Under the pieces are notes generated by a model, which was given only the letters and a program-made list of their open reading frames with translations, had not been told where the DNA came from and ran no database searches. The translations under genes and the position numbers were made by a program. Positions 1 through 12,898 of a DNA stretch of 64,000 nucleotides are shown here, piece by piece (positions within the stretch are counted from its first letter, which is position 1; every line of letters begins with the position of its first letter). The DNA is from Lytechinus pictus (Eukaryota), in contig NC_087251.1 in NCBI RefSeq assembly GCF_037042905.1, forward strand, positions 8,620,001 through 8,684,000, in the 5' to 3' direction.

Positions 1-202
1 TTTAATTGAAAATGAGTTGATTTTTCATTATCCATTCAAGTTAACTGTGTTAGGTGTTCTTTAACTTTGTTGATTATGGTAAGATATCACAAATAATATA
101 GTGTAAACCAATCTTCTGTTCTTAGACCCATGTCACTTTAATGCAAGCAGCATTGTTGCTAATGTTCTCTAAATTCATGTTTAATTCTAATAACCCTTAC
201 AG

Positions 203-329
203 GAATGTTTGGGCATTATCAGGCAAGACTGGTACCCATTTACATCATTGGCCTGTGTACGTTGGAAGCAGACTTGTATCAAATATTGTAATCACCAGTC
301 TCATAAAGTCATCTCGACATCCAGTTGTG
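203..329 (+). CDS. DEX1: DEX1-like FG-GAP repeat membrane protein, internal exon (gene starts upstream of window)
   Basis: AG at 201-202, GTAAGT at 330; encodes (G)NVWALSGKTGTHLHHWPVYVGSRLVSNIVITSLIKSSRHPVV, resembling the plant DEX1 segment GNIYVLSGKDG...PYRTHGRVMNQ as recalled. Confidence 0.85.
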
Positions 330-1495
330 GTAAGTGTTTGGATTAATTCCTATTCTCTACCTCACTGCTTTATGAAATTCAGTACTTTGTCTGAAAATTG
401 TCAATGAGATTGTATATTTACAAACTTAAACAGAGAAATGAGCAGACTTGTATAAATCTACACAAGTTTTATGCTCCCCCCAAGACAAAAAATAGATTGG
501 GCTTTAATTGTTGCACCTGTACACCTGTCTCCATATGGAAGAGTATCGGACAGATTTCATTGCTTATGGTTTATCACAGTGAAATATGTGTCTAGTTTTG
601 ATAATGGATTAGATTGGATTGGATAATTCACAATTCTGGTAGAAAGGTACTTTGTACCAGTAGCATGCGTTCATTAACAGGAATTAAAAGGTTATTGTAA
701 CAGAAATAATAGTTTATGAACAAATACAATGAGTCTTAACTCACAGATTGTCACATGATCGTCTTGTGGTGGTTTTTGTTGTCTGTCTCGTAGATAATTA
801 TATTGACCTTTCTCTGTCTGTATATCCTTGTTTTCAGTTGTAATTAATTAAAACATTAGTTTCCAACACTGCCAATTCAATTTTTTTCAACTTAACAGAC
901 ACTTGTTTTAGAAAATAGTCATCAATGAATCTTCACAATAGAAACTACTATGAAGTATGGAATGTTGTGAGATTTTGATCTGAAAATACAAGGAATGACT
1001 TTAAAACTTTTGCAATTTGTTTTCTTTAGAAACGTTTTAAGATATTGATCATGCCTACACGGAAGCAATGTTAGCACCCTTGAGTAAAAGATATTTAGAA
1101 GGAAATAAAGAGAGTTGTGGTTCTAGTGAATTACTGTATAAAAAAAAAATTGTGGTTTAAGCCATATTCTTGTTATTTCTCATGTCTGGTTTCAATTATT
1201 GTTCTTGAAGTCTAGATATATAAGTGTGGGAAATGAGTGTTTTTTAATGAGAATGAAAGAATTTTAGTCAAGTTTCTGTGACTCGTGATGTATGTGTGCT
1301 ATAAGAGTAATTCTGTATTTGCATGTTTTAAGGGATGCTATTGTAAATTATTAATAAGGTGATAATTTAAATAATTCCAAGAAGTTAACTGTGTTTTATC
1401 TTGATAATAATTTGCCACATTACATAATGATTTATTTTAAGCACATTACATAAAACTCAAAATGGGGAAAAAATTGCTTCCTTGCTTAGAATTGA

Positions 1496-2450
1496 TTTTT
1501 GTCTCACCTGCATAGCAGAGTGAGACTATAGGCGCCGCTTTTCCGACGGCGGCGACGGCGGCGTCAACACCAAATCTTAACCTGAGGTTAAGTTTTTGAA
1601 ATGACAGCATAACTTAGAAAGTATATGGACCTAGTTCATGAAACTTGGCCATAAGGTTAATCAAGTATTACTGAACATCTTGCCTGAGTTTCATGTCACA
1701 TGACCAAGGTCAAAGGTCATTTAGGGTCAATGAACTTAGACCATGTTGGGGGAATCAACATCAAAATCTTAACCTAAGGTTAAGTTTTTGAAATGTCATC
1801 ATAACTTAGAAAATATATGGACCTAGTTCATGAAACTTATACATAAGGTTAATCAAGTATCACTGAACATCCTGCATGAGTTTCACGTCACATGACCAAG
1901 GTCAAAGGTCATTTAGGGTCAATGAACTTTGGCCGAATTGGGGGTATCTGTTGAATTACCATCATAACTTTGAAAGTTTATGGATCTGATTCATGAAACT
2001 TGGACATAATAGTAATCAAGTATTACTGAACATCCTGTGCAAGTTTCAGGTCACATGATCAAGGTCAAAGGTCATTTAGGGTCAATGAACTTTGGCCAAA
2101 TTGGGGTATTTGTTGAATTACAGCCATAAATTTGAAAGTGTGTTGGTCTAGTTCATAAAACTTGGACATAATAGTAATCAAGTATCACTGAACATCCTGT
2201 GCGAGTTTCAGGTCACATGATCAAGGTCAAAGGTCATGTAAGGTCAAAGAACTTTGGCCACGTTGGGGGTATTTGTTGAATTGCCATCATATCTCTATAA
2301 GTGTATTGGTCTAGTTCATAAAACGTGGAAATAAGAGTAACCAAGTATCACTGAACATCTTGTGCGAGTTATAGTAGTTTTCAAAATCAGCACTGCTGCT
2401 ATATTGAATCGCGTGGTGCAGGTGAGACGGCCAGAGGCATTCCACTTGTT
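1496..2450. mobile_element. Non-autonomous Helentron/HINE-like element with internal tandem repeats (intronic)
   Basis: Subterminal inverted repeats GTCTCACCTGCA (1501) / TGCAGGTGAGAC (2417-2428), a short inner IR near the 5' end, T-rich ends, and about 5 internal units of ~163-192 bp containing CAAGGTCAAAGGTCATTTAGGGTCAATGAACTT. Confidence 0.65.
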
Positions 2451-2557
2451 AAGTATAATTTTCACTTTTTTATTTATTGATCAACATTACATATATTTTT
2501 TTAATGGAACACAGTGATTTTATTGATTAAGAATTTTTTTTCTTCTAATCTATACAG

Positions 2558-2842
2558 ATAACCGTAGGATATGATGGCAACTTGTACATTATATCATCAT
2601 CACATAATGGTGAAGAAGGTCCATGTATTGAGACTATTGCACTTGGTGAAAGTTCACTGACCTCTGTATATATGGCAGACATGATTCCATATATGCCTGG
2701 TGTAGAGATGATAGCTGCCACCACCCATGGTAGTATCATGCTCCTGTCTACCCAAAATCAAGAGATAGATAGCGAGGGTCTGGAAGACCTCACATGGATG
2801 GATACAACAAATGATGACAAATTTGCGTACAAAGAGGCAAAG
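2558..2842 (+). CDS. DEX1: DEX1-like protein, internal exon
   Basis: Pyrimidine tract + TACAG acceptor, GTAAC donor, phase 0/0; ITVGYDGNLYII...CIETIALGESSLTSVYMADM...EMIAATTHGSIMLLST parallels DEX1 VTTSFDGYLYLI...CTDVVDIGETS...DLIVSTMNGNVFCFST. Confidence 0.88.
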
Positions 2843-3001
2843 GTAACGCATGGTTCTTGGCTTGGATATTGTTTTTCATGTAACTTGAATATCTATTATC
2901 ATTCATATATCTCACTATTCTTAAAAACCAAGAAACTTCATATTTAATCTTGAAGATGTCGTTCATATGGTATCCAATCAAAACTTATTCCAATTTGAGT
3001 T

Positions 3002-4030
3002 ATATCATGGACCTATTACAAATGGACATTCAACGAGAGCATTTTATGGCTACCACCTGTTTCCAGCTGTCAAAATTGCTGTCTCACAGTTAACTTTCTC
3101 TTTGCGCTTTTATTACGACGAGCGCCCGGGGCGGTTGTTTACTCAATCCCTTCTCGGACATTGACAGTCACCGCCCGATCTCTGGCCCTCTTTCGACCAG
3201 ATGCGGTCATGTAAGCTCGATTGCTGCGATCAGGGAAAGTCCTTGCATTACCTATAATGCAATGCGCAATTTATTTCCTGTTTTCAATACATTATTTCAC
3301 GCTGTCAATACTGTGCAATTGTCGTCTGATCTTCACAAAAAATCCTAGTAAATTTCACCAATCCTCTGGAATTTTACGCCCAAATGAAAATCAACTTCTG
3401 ACCGAAGGTAAGCGTTACTATCGACATCAATACTGTCCAAAAAAGATGCTTTTTAACGTTTTTCCGCACATTTCTCCGTCGAATTTCAACTGCTTTTTTG
3501 CTGTAGATATATTGATCTGCAAGGTGACGTCAATGCATTTCATGTGAGGTTGTTTGCAATGTACGTAAAAAATATGTTTATGCACGCCTGGGGGGCATTT
3601 CATGAAAGGACTTGTCGGACGTTTTATCCGACAAGTCCCATTTTATATGACAAGTCCCATTTTATCCGACAGTTACCATAGGAACAGTGCCCCTCAGCCA
3701 ATCAAAATCATGGAAAGATGTCAGATCTGACAACTTGTCGGATGAAAATATTGATGAAACGCTCCCCTGTTTTCTTGTTTCTGCAATCATTTTCATAGCG
3801 TTAACGTTCGCTGCTGTGCGTTGCTTTTGATAAAGTGAACGAACAACATCGCAATGGGTAGGAGCAGCGTACAATTGATTTCCGCTGTCCGTCAGTGATA
3901 GCGTGTTTTACGACCGGCTTGATGGGCGTCAGCTGCCAGCGCTCTGTTTATAAAAGGATTAGCGGTGACGGTCTTTGGCCGAATGGTGGGGATTCGTTGA
4001 ATGTCCATTTGTGATAGGTCCATGGTTATA
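3002..4030. mobile_element. TIR non-autonomous DNA element (~1 kb) hosting a nested MITE
   Basis: ~30-bp inverted repeats CATGGACCTATTACAAATGGACATTCAACGA (~3006) and TCGTTGAATGTCCATTTGTGATAGGTCCATG (ending ~4024), with TATA-like flanks. Confidence 0.7.
3591..3766. mobile_element. PIF/Harbinger-type MITE nested in the element above
   Basis: Imperfect TIR GGGGGCATTTCATGAA / TTGATGAAACGCTCCC, CTG on both sides (3-bp CWG TSD), internal TCCGACAAG / CTTGTCGGA repeats. Confidence 0.65.
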
Positions 4031-4462
4031 TTAAACAAAAAAAGTGTCAATACAGTTGCTCTCGCATAACATACAGTTGTACAAAAGCAGAAGAGTTTTA
4101 TCAAATCTTAATCTTTTCTGAAAGTGATTGAAGAGGGAGATGGGTAATTATACAACTTGATTATTATACAGGAAATGCCATACTGAAATTAACCCAAGCA
4201 GGTATGTAATGTACAAGTGTGGTGTAATGTACATGGCTATAATGAAGATATGTACTTGAAATCAATGAATGAATTTCTTAACCACAATTGGTAAACAAGG
4301 AGGAATGTTGTGAATTTCTCTTGGTTTGAAAACACCAGTTCTAAAATGCAGGACTTGTGACACAAAATGAGCTGTACACATTTTTAGGTGTTATGAATAA
4401 ATAATCAAATGAAAAGAGAAAGAAAGAAGTATATTCATTCATTATTTACATTAAGTTATTAA

Positions 4463-5036
4463 AGGACAAGTCCACCCAAACAAAATGTCGATTTGAATAA
4501 AAAGAGAAAAATCCAACGAGCATAACACTGAAAATTTCATCAAAATCGGATGTAAAATAAAAAGTTATGACATTTATAACTTTCGCTTAATTTCACATAA
4601 TAGTTATATGCACATCTCGGTCGGTATGCAAATGAGGGAGCTGATGACATCACTCACTTTTTCTTTTGTATTTTATCATATGAAATATGATATATTCTAA
4701 TTTTCTCCTCATTGTCCCTGAACATGTGGAATTACCATTGTTTGACATTATATGGTTCAGTCAAGTTGGTCCTTATTGTCATATCTGTAAAAATTGAAAT
4801 ATTGTATAATTCAAACAATAAAAAACAAAAGAAATAGTGAGTGAGGGACATCATCGATTCTCTCATTTGCATGTGACTAAATTATGCATATAACTATTTT
4901 GAGAAAAATAAGCGAAACTTTAAAATGTCATAACTTTCTTATTTTACATCTGATATTGATGAAATTTTCAGCAATATGCTTTTCTGATTTTTCTCTGTAG
5001 ATTCAAATCAACACTTTTATGAGGTGGACTTGACCT
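4463..5036. mobile_element. Kolobok-type (TTAA) palindromic MITE, copy 1
   Basis: TTAA|AGGACAAGTCCACC ... GGTGGACTTGACCT|TCAA with long imperfect inverted arms; same family as 54366-54960. Confidence 0.75.
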
Positions 5037-5101
5037 TCAAATTAAGGAAGACATAATTGATTAATTGATAATGAATCTTTAAACCCATTTCTTTATTTTA
5101 G

Positions 5102-5224
5102 TATGGTGCATTTGTGAGGAGAGAGACTAAGCAGAAATCTTACATCAGTGGTACAAGTTTCATCATAGATTTTCACATCGAAGATGACAACAAATCAAGT
5201 GGAGATAATTCATATACAATTCAG
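5102..5224 (+). CDS. DEX1: DEX1-like protein, internal exon
   Basis: TTTTAG acceptor, CAG|GTAATT donor, 123 nt, phase 0/0; YGAFVRRETKQKSYISGTSFIIDFHIEDDNKSSGDNSYTIQ. Confidence 0.85.
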
Positions 5225-5707
5225 GTAATTTAATATTTTAGCATTAAATACGGTAGATCATTGATTTGTTAGGGTAAATGTAATGTTTCTAAGGGGAGAC
5301 AATGAGATAATTGATAAAATCTATTCTTACTTTGTTGACACATTCACTTCATATTGATATTTTGAGATACCAATTCTCAAATCTTTTAATCAAATATGAA
5401 AATACTTTGAGGATATTTCTCCCTCTTGTACATTTTGAAAATACTCTTGCAAATTGAATATGAAAGTGTTAAGTGTCTTTATGGTTTCTCTGCTGATATC
5501 TTGTATTTATCAATCCTTTAGATTTGCGGATAATGAATCCTTGTCCCCCCCAAAAAAAAAAAAAAAAAAAAAAAAAAAAACAGTGAATGGCACTTAAGTT
5601 TCATTGTACAAAAAAAAGAAAGAGATGTGGACATTTTAAAATATTATGTTAGACATGAAAATGAATTTGTGATAATGTTGTAACCATGATTTATCTTTAT
5701 TTTGTAG

Positions 5708-5868
5708 GTTTTTGCTGGTTCAATTTGCCTTCATCCTGGTACAACCTATTCTAAGCCTGGTTTATATTCCCTCGATGTAGCAACACCTAATCATCCTACT
5801 ACAGTACTAGTTGAAATTCATTTGATCAACCAACATGGTCACATCTTTGTTGACTCATTCCCTGTGAG
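5708..5868 (+). CDS. DEX1: DEX1-like protein, internal exon (C-terminal beta-rich domain)
   Basis: TTTGTAG acceptor, AG|GTAGGA donor, phase 0/2; YSKPGLYSLDVATP...VLVEIHLINQHGHIFVDSFPV parallels DEX1 YDRPGKYRIKLPT...VMVEMADKNGLHFSDEFSL. Confidence 0.87.
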
Positions 5869-6067
5869 GTAGGATTGTCATTTTCAGATTATGTCTGTAA
5901 AATGGGAGAGTCATATACTAGAAAGTGTGTTTTGGTAGTCCCAATATGTAACCTATTCATGCTGATTTAATCAATTTAAATTGGAATATCCAGAGTGATT
6001 TAATTTTGTCAAGCCTTAAAGTATAGTCCTTGTTTCAGTCTTAAACAGGCTGTTATTTTTCTCTTAA

Positions 6068-6491
6068 GCCCAGCGCACACTGTGCAGTGTGATTGCATTA
6101 AGATCTGATTGCAACAGAATCACAGTGTGTGTACCAACCTGCAACACACTGCAATTGTTGCAGAAGAATAAGAGACCTAAATCTCAGACATTAGACATGT
6201 CAAATCTTCTTGTGATTCTTCTGCGACTATGATAATTTGAGCAAATCAGATTTGCCGTAGACGACGTCACAACCAATTTGCTGGGCTGCGCTACTGCAGC
6301 GCAGACAATGTACGCGTAAAAGAGGAGGTGCCATGTCAATAGAATACATCTCAATGGTGCCATGGAGATGCAGCATGTTGCAGAGCTGTTGCAATGTGTG
6401 TGCTGGCCTGTGATGCAATTGCAGTGAAAGGGATTTGCAACGTGTAGCAATCTGATCATAGTGCATGCGCATCGCATAATGTGTGCTGGGC
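6068..6491. mobile_element. MITE
   Basis: TIR GCCCAGCGCACACTGTGC / GCATAATGTGTGCTGGGC, flanked by TTAA on both sides. Confidence 0.7.
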
Positions 6492-6962
6492 TTAAGATTC
6501 CACAATTTTCTGAGGTTAGAAATCTATTGCGTGCACAATGTCTGTTATAGCACTTCACCAAGGACCTCTTATTAAGTCTCTTTTACATATTTGTGCAAAA
6601 TAGAACACTGGCAAATTTGGTTTTCTTTTTGCTTGAGGTACTCAAATAAAAAAGAAACTAAATTTGACTTTGAACACATGGATTAATATATGAAGTTGGC
6701 ATTAATTCTTATACCAAGCAACCATGAAAGAATTCTTCATTCAGCAAGTGCAGTCAAACTAGTTTATGTGAAAAAGGGTGAAAGGAGACAAAGTATGTTG
6801 TTTTCAAGTTTGTTATGACATCATAAGACTAAAAGCTCACTTACAAAAATAAGCAAGAAATCTTTTCCTATCATGATTTTTATAACTGTCATTCCACTCT
6901 TCTTGTTTATGTTCATCAATATTGATTTTGTTTTTCTTCCACTTTGCAACTCTTCAATTTAG

Positions 6963-7101
6963 TTTTAATACCAAGGTTACTGATGACATCCAATGGTTAC
7001 TGGTGATTCCAACCATTGCCATGGCAATTCTTCTTCTCATCCTCTATGGATATCCAGAAGTAGATCTTCTTCCAACATCTCATACATCTAAGGAGAGGTA
7101 A
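6963..7101 (+). CDS. DEX1: DEX1-like protein, terminal coding exon with C-terminal transmembrane helix
   Basis: TTTAG acceptor, phase 2 matches the previous exon; SFNTKVTDDIQWLLVIPTIAMAILLLILYGYPEVDLLPTSHTSKER then TAA at 7099-7101; parallels DEX1 KWLLVLPMLGMFGLLMIL. Confidence 0.88.
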
Positions 7102-7755
7102 CAGTCAAGTCTACCTAGTATAAGCTGATGTCATTGTATGATTATCTAGTACATTGTGGGTTTATTGAGAAGGGTTCTGAAATATACTGTACCAGATGAA
7201 ATCTTTTTATGAAGATGAAATGAAGAATTTTCAGATAAAGATATATGTTAAGTTTACATATGTTTTTGTCCAGTATGGCTAATAGTGTGATTTGGATAAA
7301 TTAATAATATTGAAGTAAGTAAAATATATAGTACATTATACAAAAAATTATCCTTGAATTCCTTGAATAAATGACACAAGTAAATAATGCGGGAAAATGA
7401 AGCCTTGCAACACAAAAACGCAACTATTGATTTTTACAATTTATTTTGTGATTGATTGTCCATAATGATTATTGCAATCAATTTTAGATATCAATCCTCC
7501 ATTCAGGTGCCAAGCTTGTGCGTTTGTTGGTCTTGGTTTCCTCCAAATGAATACATAACAAGAAACTAGCATTATCAGCAGTGCTCTCAACATAGTTTGT
7601 GATATCTTAACAAACACTTGCTGTTTATTGCAAGAAGTAATTATCAGGCACCGATAGTAAATAGCTTGAACTGGTTGAATGGGTTATTCATTTATAACAA
7701 TATTCTGGGAATGTTTAATGTAGTTTGAAATCAGAATTCCCATACTAGGGATTTA

Positions 7756-10700
7756 TTGGAAATGATGAATAGTAAGATTATCTCAAATTAGGTTGATAAG
7801 TTTGATACCACAAGAATCCTTGACCTTGGAAATGATGATAAGTAAGATTATCTCAAATTAGGTTGATAAGTTTGATACCACTAGAATCCTTGACCTTGGA
7901 AATGATGATAAGTAAGATTATCTCAAATTAGGTTGATAAGTTTGATACCACAAGAATCCTTGACCTTGGAAATGATGATAAGTAAGATTATCTCAAATTA
8001 GGTTGATAAGTTTGATACCACTAGAATCCTTGACCTTGGAAATGATGATAAGTAAGATTATCTCAAATTAGGTTGATAAGTTTGATACCACAAGAATCCT
8101 TGACCTTGGAAATGATGATAAGTAAGATTATCTCAAATTAGGTTGATAAGTTTGATACCACTAGAATCCTTGACCTTGGAAATGATGATAAGTAAGATTA
8201 TCTCAAATTAGGTTGATAAGTTTGATACCACTAGAATCCTTGACCTTGGAAATGATGATAAGTAAGATTATCTCAAATTAGGTTGATAAGTTTGATACCA
8301 CTAGAATCCTTGACCTTGGAAATGATGATAAGTAAGATTATCTCAAATTAGGTTGATAAGTTTGATACCACTAGAATCCTTGACCTTGGAAATGATGAAT
8401 AGTAAGATTATCTCAAATTAGGTTGATAAGTTTGATACCACTAGAATCCTTGACCTTGGAAATGATGATAAGTAAGATTATCTCAAATTAGGTTGATAAG
8501 TTTGATACCACAAGAATCCTTGACCTTGGAAATGATGATAAGTAAGATTATCTCAAATTAGGTTGATAAGTTTGATACCACTAGAATCCTTGACCTTGGA
8601 AATGATGATAAGTAAGATTATCTCAAATTAGGTTGATAAGTTTGATACCACTAGAATCCTTGACCTTGGAAATGATGAATAGTAAGATTATCTCAAATTA
8701 GGTTGATAAGTTTGATACCACTAGAATCCTTGACCTTGGAAATGATGATAAGTAAGATTATCTCAAATTAGGTTGATAAGTTTGATACCACTAGAATCCT
8801 TGACCTTGGAAATGATGAGAAGTAAGATTATCTCAAATTAGGTTGATAAGTTTGATACCACTAGAATCCTTGACCTTGGAAATGATGATAAGTAAGATTA
8901 TCTCAAATTAGGTTGATAAGTTTGATACCACTAGAATCCTTGACCTTGGAAATGATGATAAGTAAGATTATCTCAAATTAGGTTGATAAGTTTGATACCA
9001 CTAGAATCCTTGACCTTGGAAATGATGATAAGTAAGATTATCTCAAAGTAGGTTGATAAGTTTGATACCACTAGAATCCTTGACCTTGGAAATGATGATA
9101 AGTAAGATTATCTCAAATTAGGTTGATAAGTTTGATACCACAAGAATCCTTGACCTTGGAAATGATGATAAGTAAGATTATCTCAAATTAGGTTGATAAG
9201 TTTGATACCACTAGAATCCTTGACCTTGGAAATGATGATAAGTAAGATTATCTCAAATTAGGTTGATAAGTTTGATACCACAAGAATCCTTGACCTTGGA
9301 AATGATGATAAGTAAGATTATCTCAAATTAGGTTGATAAGTTTGATACCACAAGAATCCTTGACCTTGGAAATGATGATAAGTAAGATTATCTCAAATTA
9401 GGTTGATAAGTTTGATACCACTAGAATCCTTGACCTTGGAAATGATGATAAGTAAGATTATCTCAAATTAGGTTGATAAGTTTGATACCACAAGAATCCT
9501 TGACCTTGGAAATGATGATAAGTAAGATTATCTCAAATTAGGTTGATAAGTTTGATACCACTAGAATCCTTGACCTTGGAAATGATGATAAGTAAGATTA
9601 TCTCAAATTAGGTTGATAAGTTTGATACCACTAGAATCCTTGACCTTGGAAATGATGATAAGTAAGATTATCTCAAATTAGGTTGATAAGTTTGATACCA
9701 CAAGAATCCTTGACCTTGGAAATGATGATAAGTAAGATTATCTCAAATTAGGTTGATAAGTTTGATACCACTAGAATCCTTGACCTTGGAAATGATGATA
9801 AGTAAGATTATCTCAAATTAGGTTGATAAGTTTGAGACCACAAGAATCCTTGACCTTGGAAATGATGATAAGTAAGATTATCTCAAATTAGGTTGATAAG
9901 TTTGATACCACTAGAATCCTTGACCTTGGAAATGATAATAGTAAGATTATCTCAAATTAGGTTGATAAGTTTGATACCACTAGAATCCTTGACCTTGGAA
10001 ATGATGATAAGTAAGATTATCTCAAATTAGGTTGATAAGTTTGATACCACAAGAATCCTTGACCTTGGAAATGATGATAAGTAAGATTATCTCAAATTAG
10101 GTTGATAAGTTTGATACCACTAGAATCCTTGACCTTGGAAATGATGATAAGTAAGATTATCTCAAATTAGGTTGATAAGTTTGATACCACTAGAATCCTT
10201 GACCTTGGAAATGATGATAAGTAAGATTATCTCAAATTAGGTTGATAAGTTTGATACCACTAGAATCCTTGACCTTGGAAATGATGAATAGTAAGATTAT
10301 CTCAAATTAGGTTGATAAGTTTGATACCACTAGAATCCTTGACCTTGGAAATGATGATAAGTAAGATTATCTCAAATTAGGTTGATAAGTTTGATACCAC
10401 TAGAATCCTTGACCTTGGAAATGATGATAAGTAAGATTATCTCAAATTAGGTTGATAAGTTTGATACCACTAGAATCCTTGACCTTGGAAATGATGATAA
10501 GTAAGATTATCTCAAATTAGGTTGATAAGTTTGATACCACTAGAATCCTTGACCTTGGAAATGATGAATAGTAAGATTATCTCAAATTAGGTTGATAAGT
10601 TTGATACCACTAGAATCCTTGACCTTGGAAATGATGATAAGTAAGATTATCTCAAATTAGGTTGATAAGTTTGATACCACTAGAATCCTTGACCTTGGAA

Positions 10701-10918
10701 ATGATGATAAGTAAGATTATCTCAAATTAGGTTGATAAGTTTGATACCACTAGAATCCTTGACCTTGGAAATGATGATAAGTAAGATTATCTCAAATTAG
10801 GTTGATAAGTTTGATACCACTAGAATCCTTGACCTTGGAAATGGTGATAAGTAAGATTATCTCAAATTAGGTTGATAAGTTTGATACCACTAGAATCCTT
10901 GACCTTGGAAATGGTGAT
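7756..10918. repeat. 70-bp tandem satellite, ~45 near-identical copies
   Basis: Unit TTTGATACCAC(T/A)AGAATCCTTGACCTTGGAAATGATGATAAGTAAGATTATCTCAAATTAGGTTGATAAG repeated head-to-tail; few variants and one 1-bp deletion near 9935. Confidence 0.97.
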
Positions 10919-12898
10919 TTAGCTGCAAAATTATGATTCTAGGTTATTTAAGAGCTGAGATATTATTGAAAACCCTATTTTTGGTGACTATTTTGTAAAA
11001 CCCAAGATGTCGGCCATGTAGGGATGCAAATGTAAACATTGTTGTTCTGATTCCTATTTACAATAAGGTGTCCAAAAATGTAGTTTTCAATTTATATATA
11101 AACAAATCCAGCAGATAACGTAGTGAAACCTACTATATCCTGGTGTAGACTCTGAGTAAAGTAAATGAGAACAGTATTATATTTATTGTACTGCATTAAT
11201 ACCCATGAAGTATGGATTTTGCAATTTTTAATATAATTGAATATTTTATACATTTTTTGTTTGATGTTGAGTGCAATGTATTTTGAAATAAAAATTGCAA
11301 TTTTGTAAAAAGGACTTTGTTTGTTTTATTTGAAAGCCTGATTTGTGTGATAACACATTTATTCAAGTTAACAACTCCCCCCCCCCAAAAAAAAAAAACC
11401 CCTCAGTTATAGAAAGAAATCAAATACAAATGTATGACATAATTTCTTAATATAGTTTGTGTGTGTTGTTTTGGGATTGTATGGTATAAAAAAAGAAAGA
11501 GAATATGAATAGTTTGGAATAATTATACCAGCCCTTCATTCTCACTTGTGGATTCCTCTAATTGCAGGTATAATACAGAAGATTGGCCTCTACAATAAGT
11601 CACTTTTATTTGTAGTGTTTGTTCTCTGTTTATATTGAATTGCTTCATTGCAATGCAACCGTCATGTTTTCCCTTCTGAATTAATTAAGATGGTTAATAT
11701 ATCATTTTGAAATATTCTAATTCTGCTTCCCTCATTGCTGTATTGGTGGTATTCTAACCTTTTTTTATCGCACTGGTTTTATTTTGATAAGTTTGTATGG
11801 ATATGGTATGAGTCTGTGGATGTATTTGCGTGAAGTTGCATGTGTGTTATATTTGTTGATGGGGGATGTCAGATTGTGTGATGTTGGAGAAAATTGATTA
11901 AGGGTTGTGATATTACTTGACTTTACTGTTTTGCAGTGCAGTCTTGGAGAAAAGTTTATCACTAGTGAACAATCAATTTCAGTAAAATCCTGAGCATAGG
12001 TGTGAAGAAAGAATGTAATTTTTCTGCTTCAAGATATCAATTTATGAACCCATAACCCGTGCTGTGCGGCAAGTCAAATGTTATTCCATTGTTCTCAATC
12101 ATGGCTTATCCAATCCCACTTCAAATCATACTTGCGCCATCTGTAGTCGAAAGCATGTGAACTACCGATACGAACCTCGTAATACCACCGTTTCCTGTGC
12201 ACACGATAAGCGAACAAAGCTTATTGATATTTTCAGAGTTCTTACACAATTATTAATTAATTTGTTACACACAGTATTCCCTCCAATCAATAATAATACC
12301 CGTATAATACTAAATAGAGTTGATATATCAAAACCTTATAGTTAGATTATTAATTTTCAGCACAAAGTTCCCGGGGTTTACCTTAATAAAATGGTGAATA
12401 TGGGTGAGGACAACTTTACTCCAATCATACCAGTATATTAAATTATGTGGTATTCCGTGAATGATAATTGGAGATACCATCCATGTACTTTTATATTTTC
12501 AATCATTCTATCTCGAGTAAAACCCGGGGAAAATCTTTACAATCAGTCGTCGACAAGTTCAAACGCCAATTAAATGATATAACCGCGGGATATCTTATCG
12601 GCCGTGCCCCGAATCATTAATGCCGCCATCTCTTGATCAAAATATCCACAATTCCCCAACCAGAAATCTTACTAACTCATGAAAGTTTTGGGAATTAAAA
12701 ACTTTCCTACTGCAGTTCATTTGTTTCTGGAATACCCACTTTCGTTATTACAGACTTGTTAGTCATTGTATATTTTCTTCTGATCCGTTGTCAATGCGTA
12801 GTAAGGAGTAGTATCATTCTTTTTTGGAATTTTTTTCAACATTTCTTTAAATTTACTTGAGAGCCATTAAAGATCGTGGTAATATTTTCAGTTGATAG

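Noticed and set aside
6184..6561. Cys/His-rich ORFs
   Set aside because: Lie almost wholly inside a MITE with TGCA-rich repeats; no domain recognised.
7756..10918. Regular array as a CRISPR locus
   Set aside because: Units are contiguous and near-identical, with no unique spacers and no cas genes; the context is eukaryotic.
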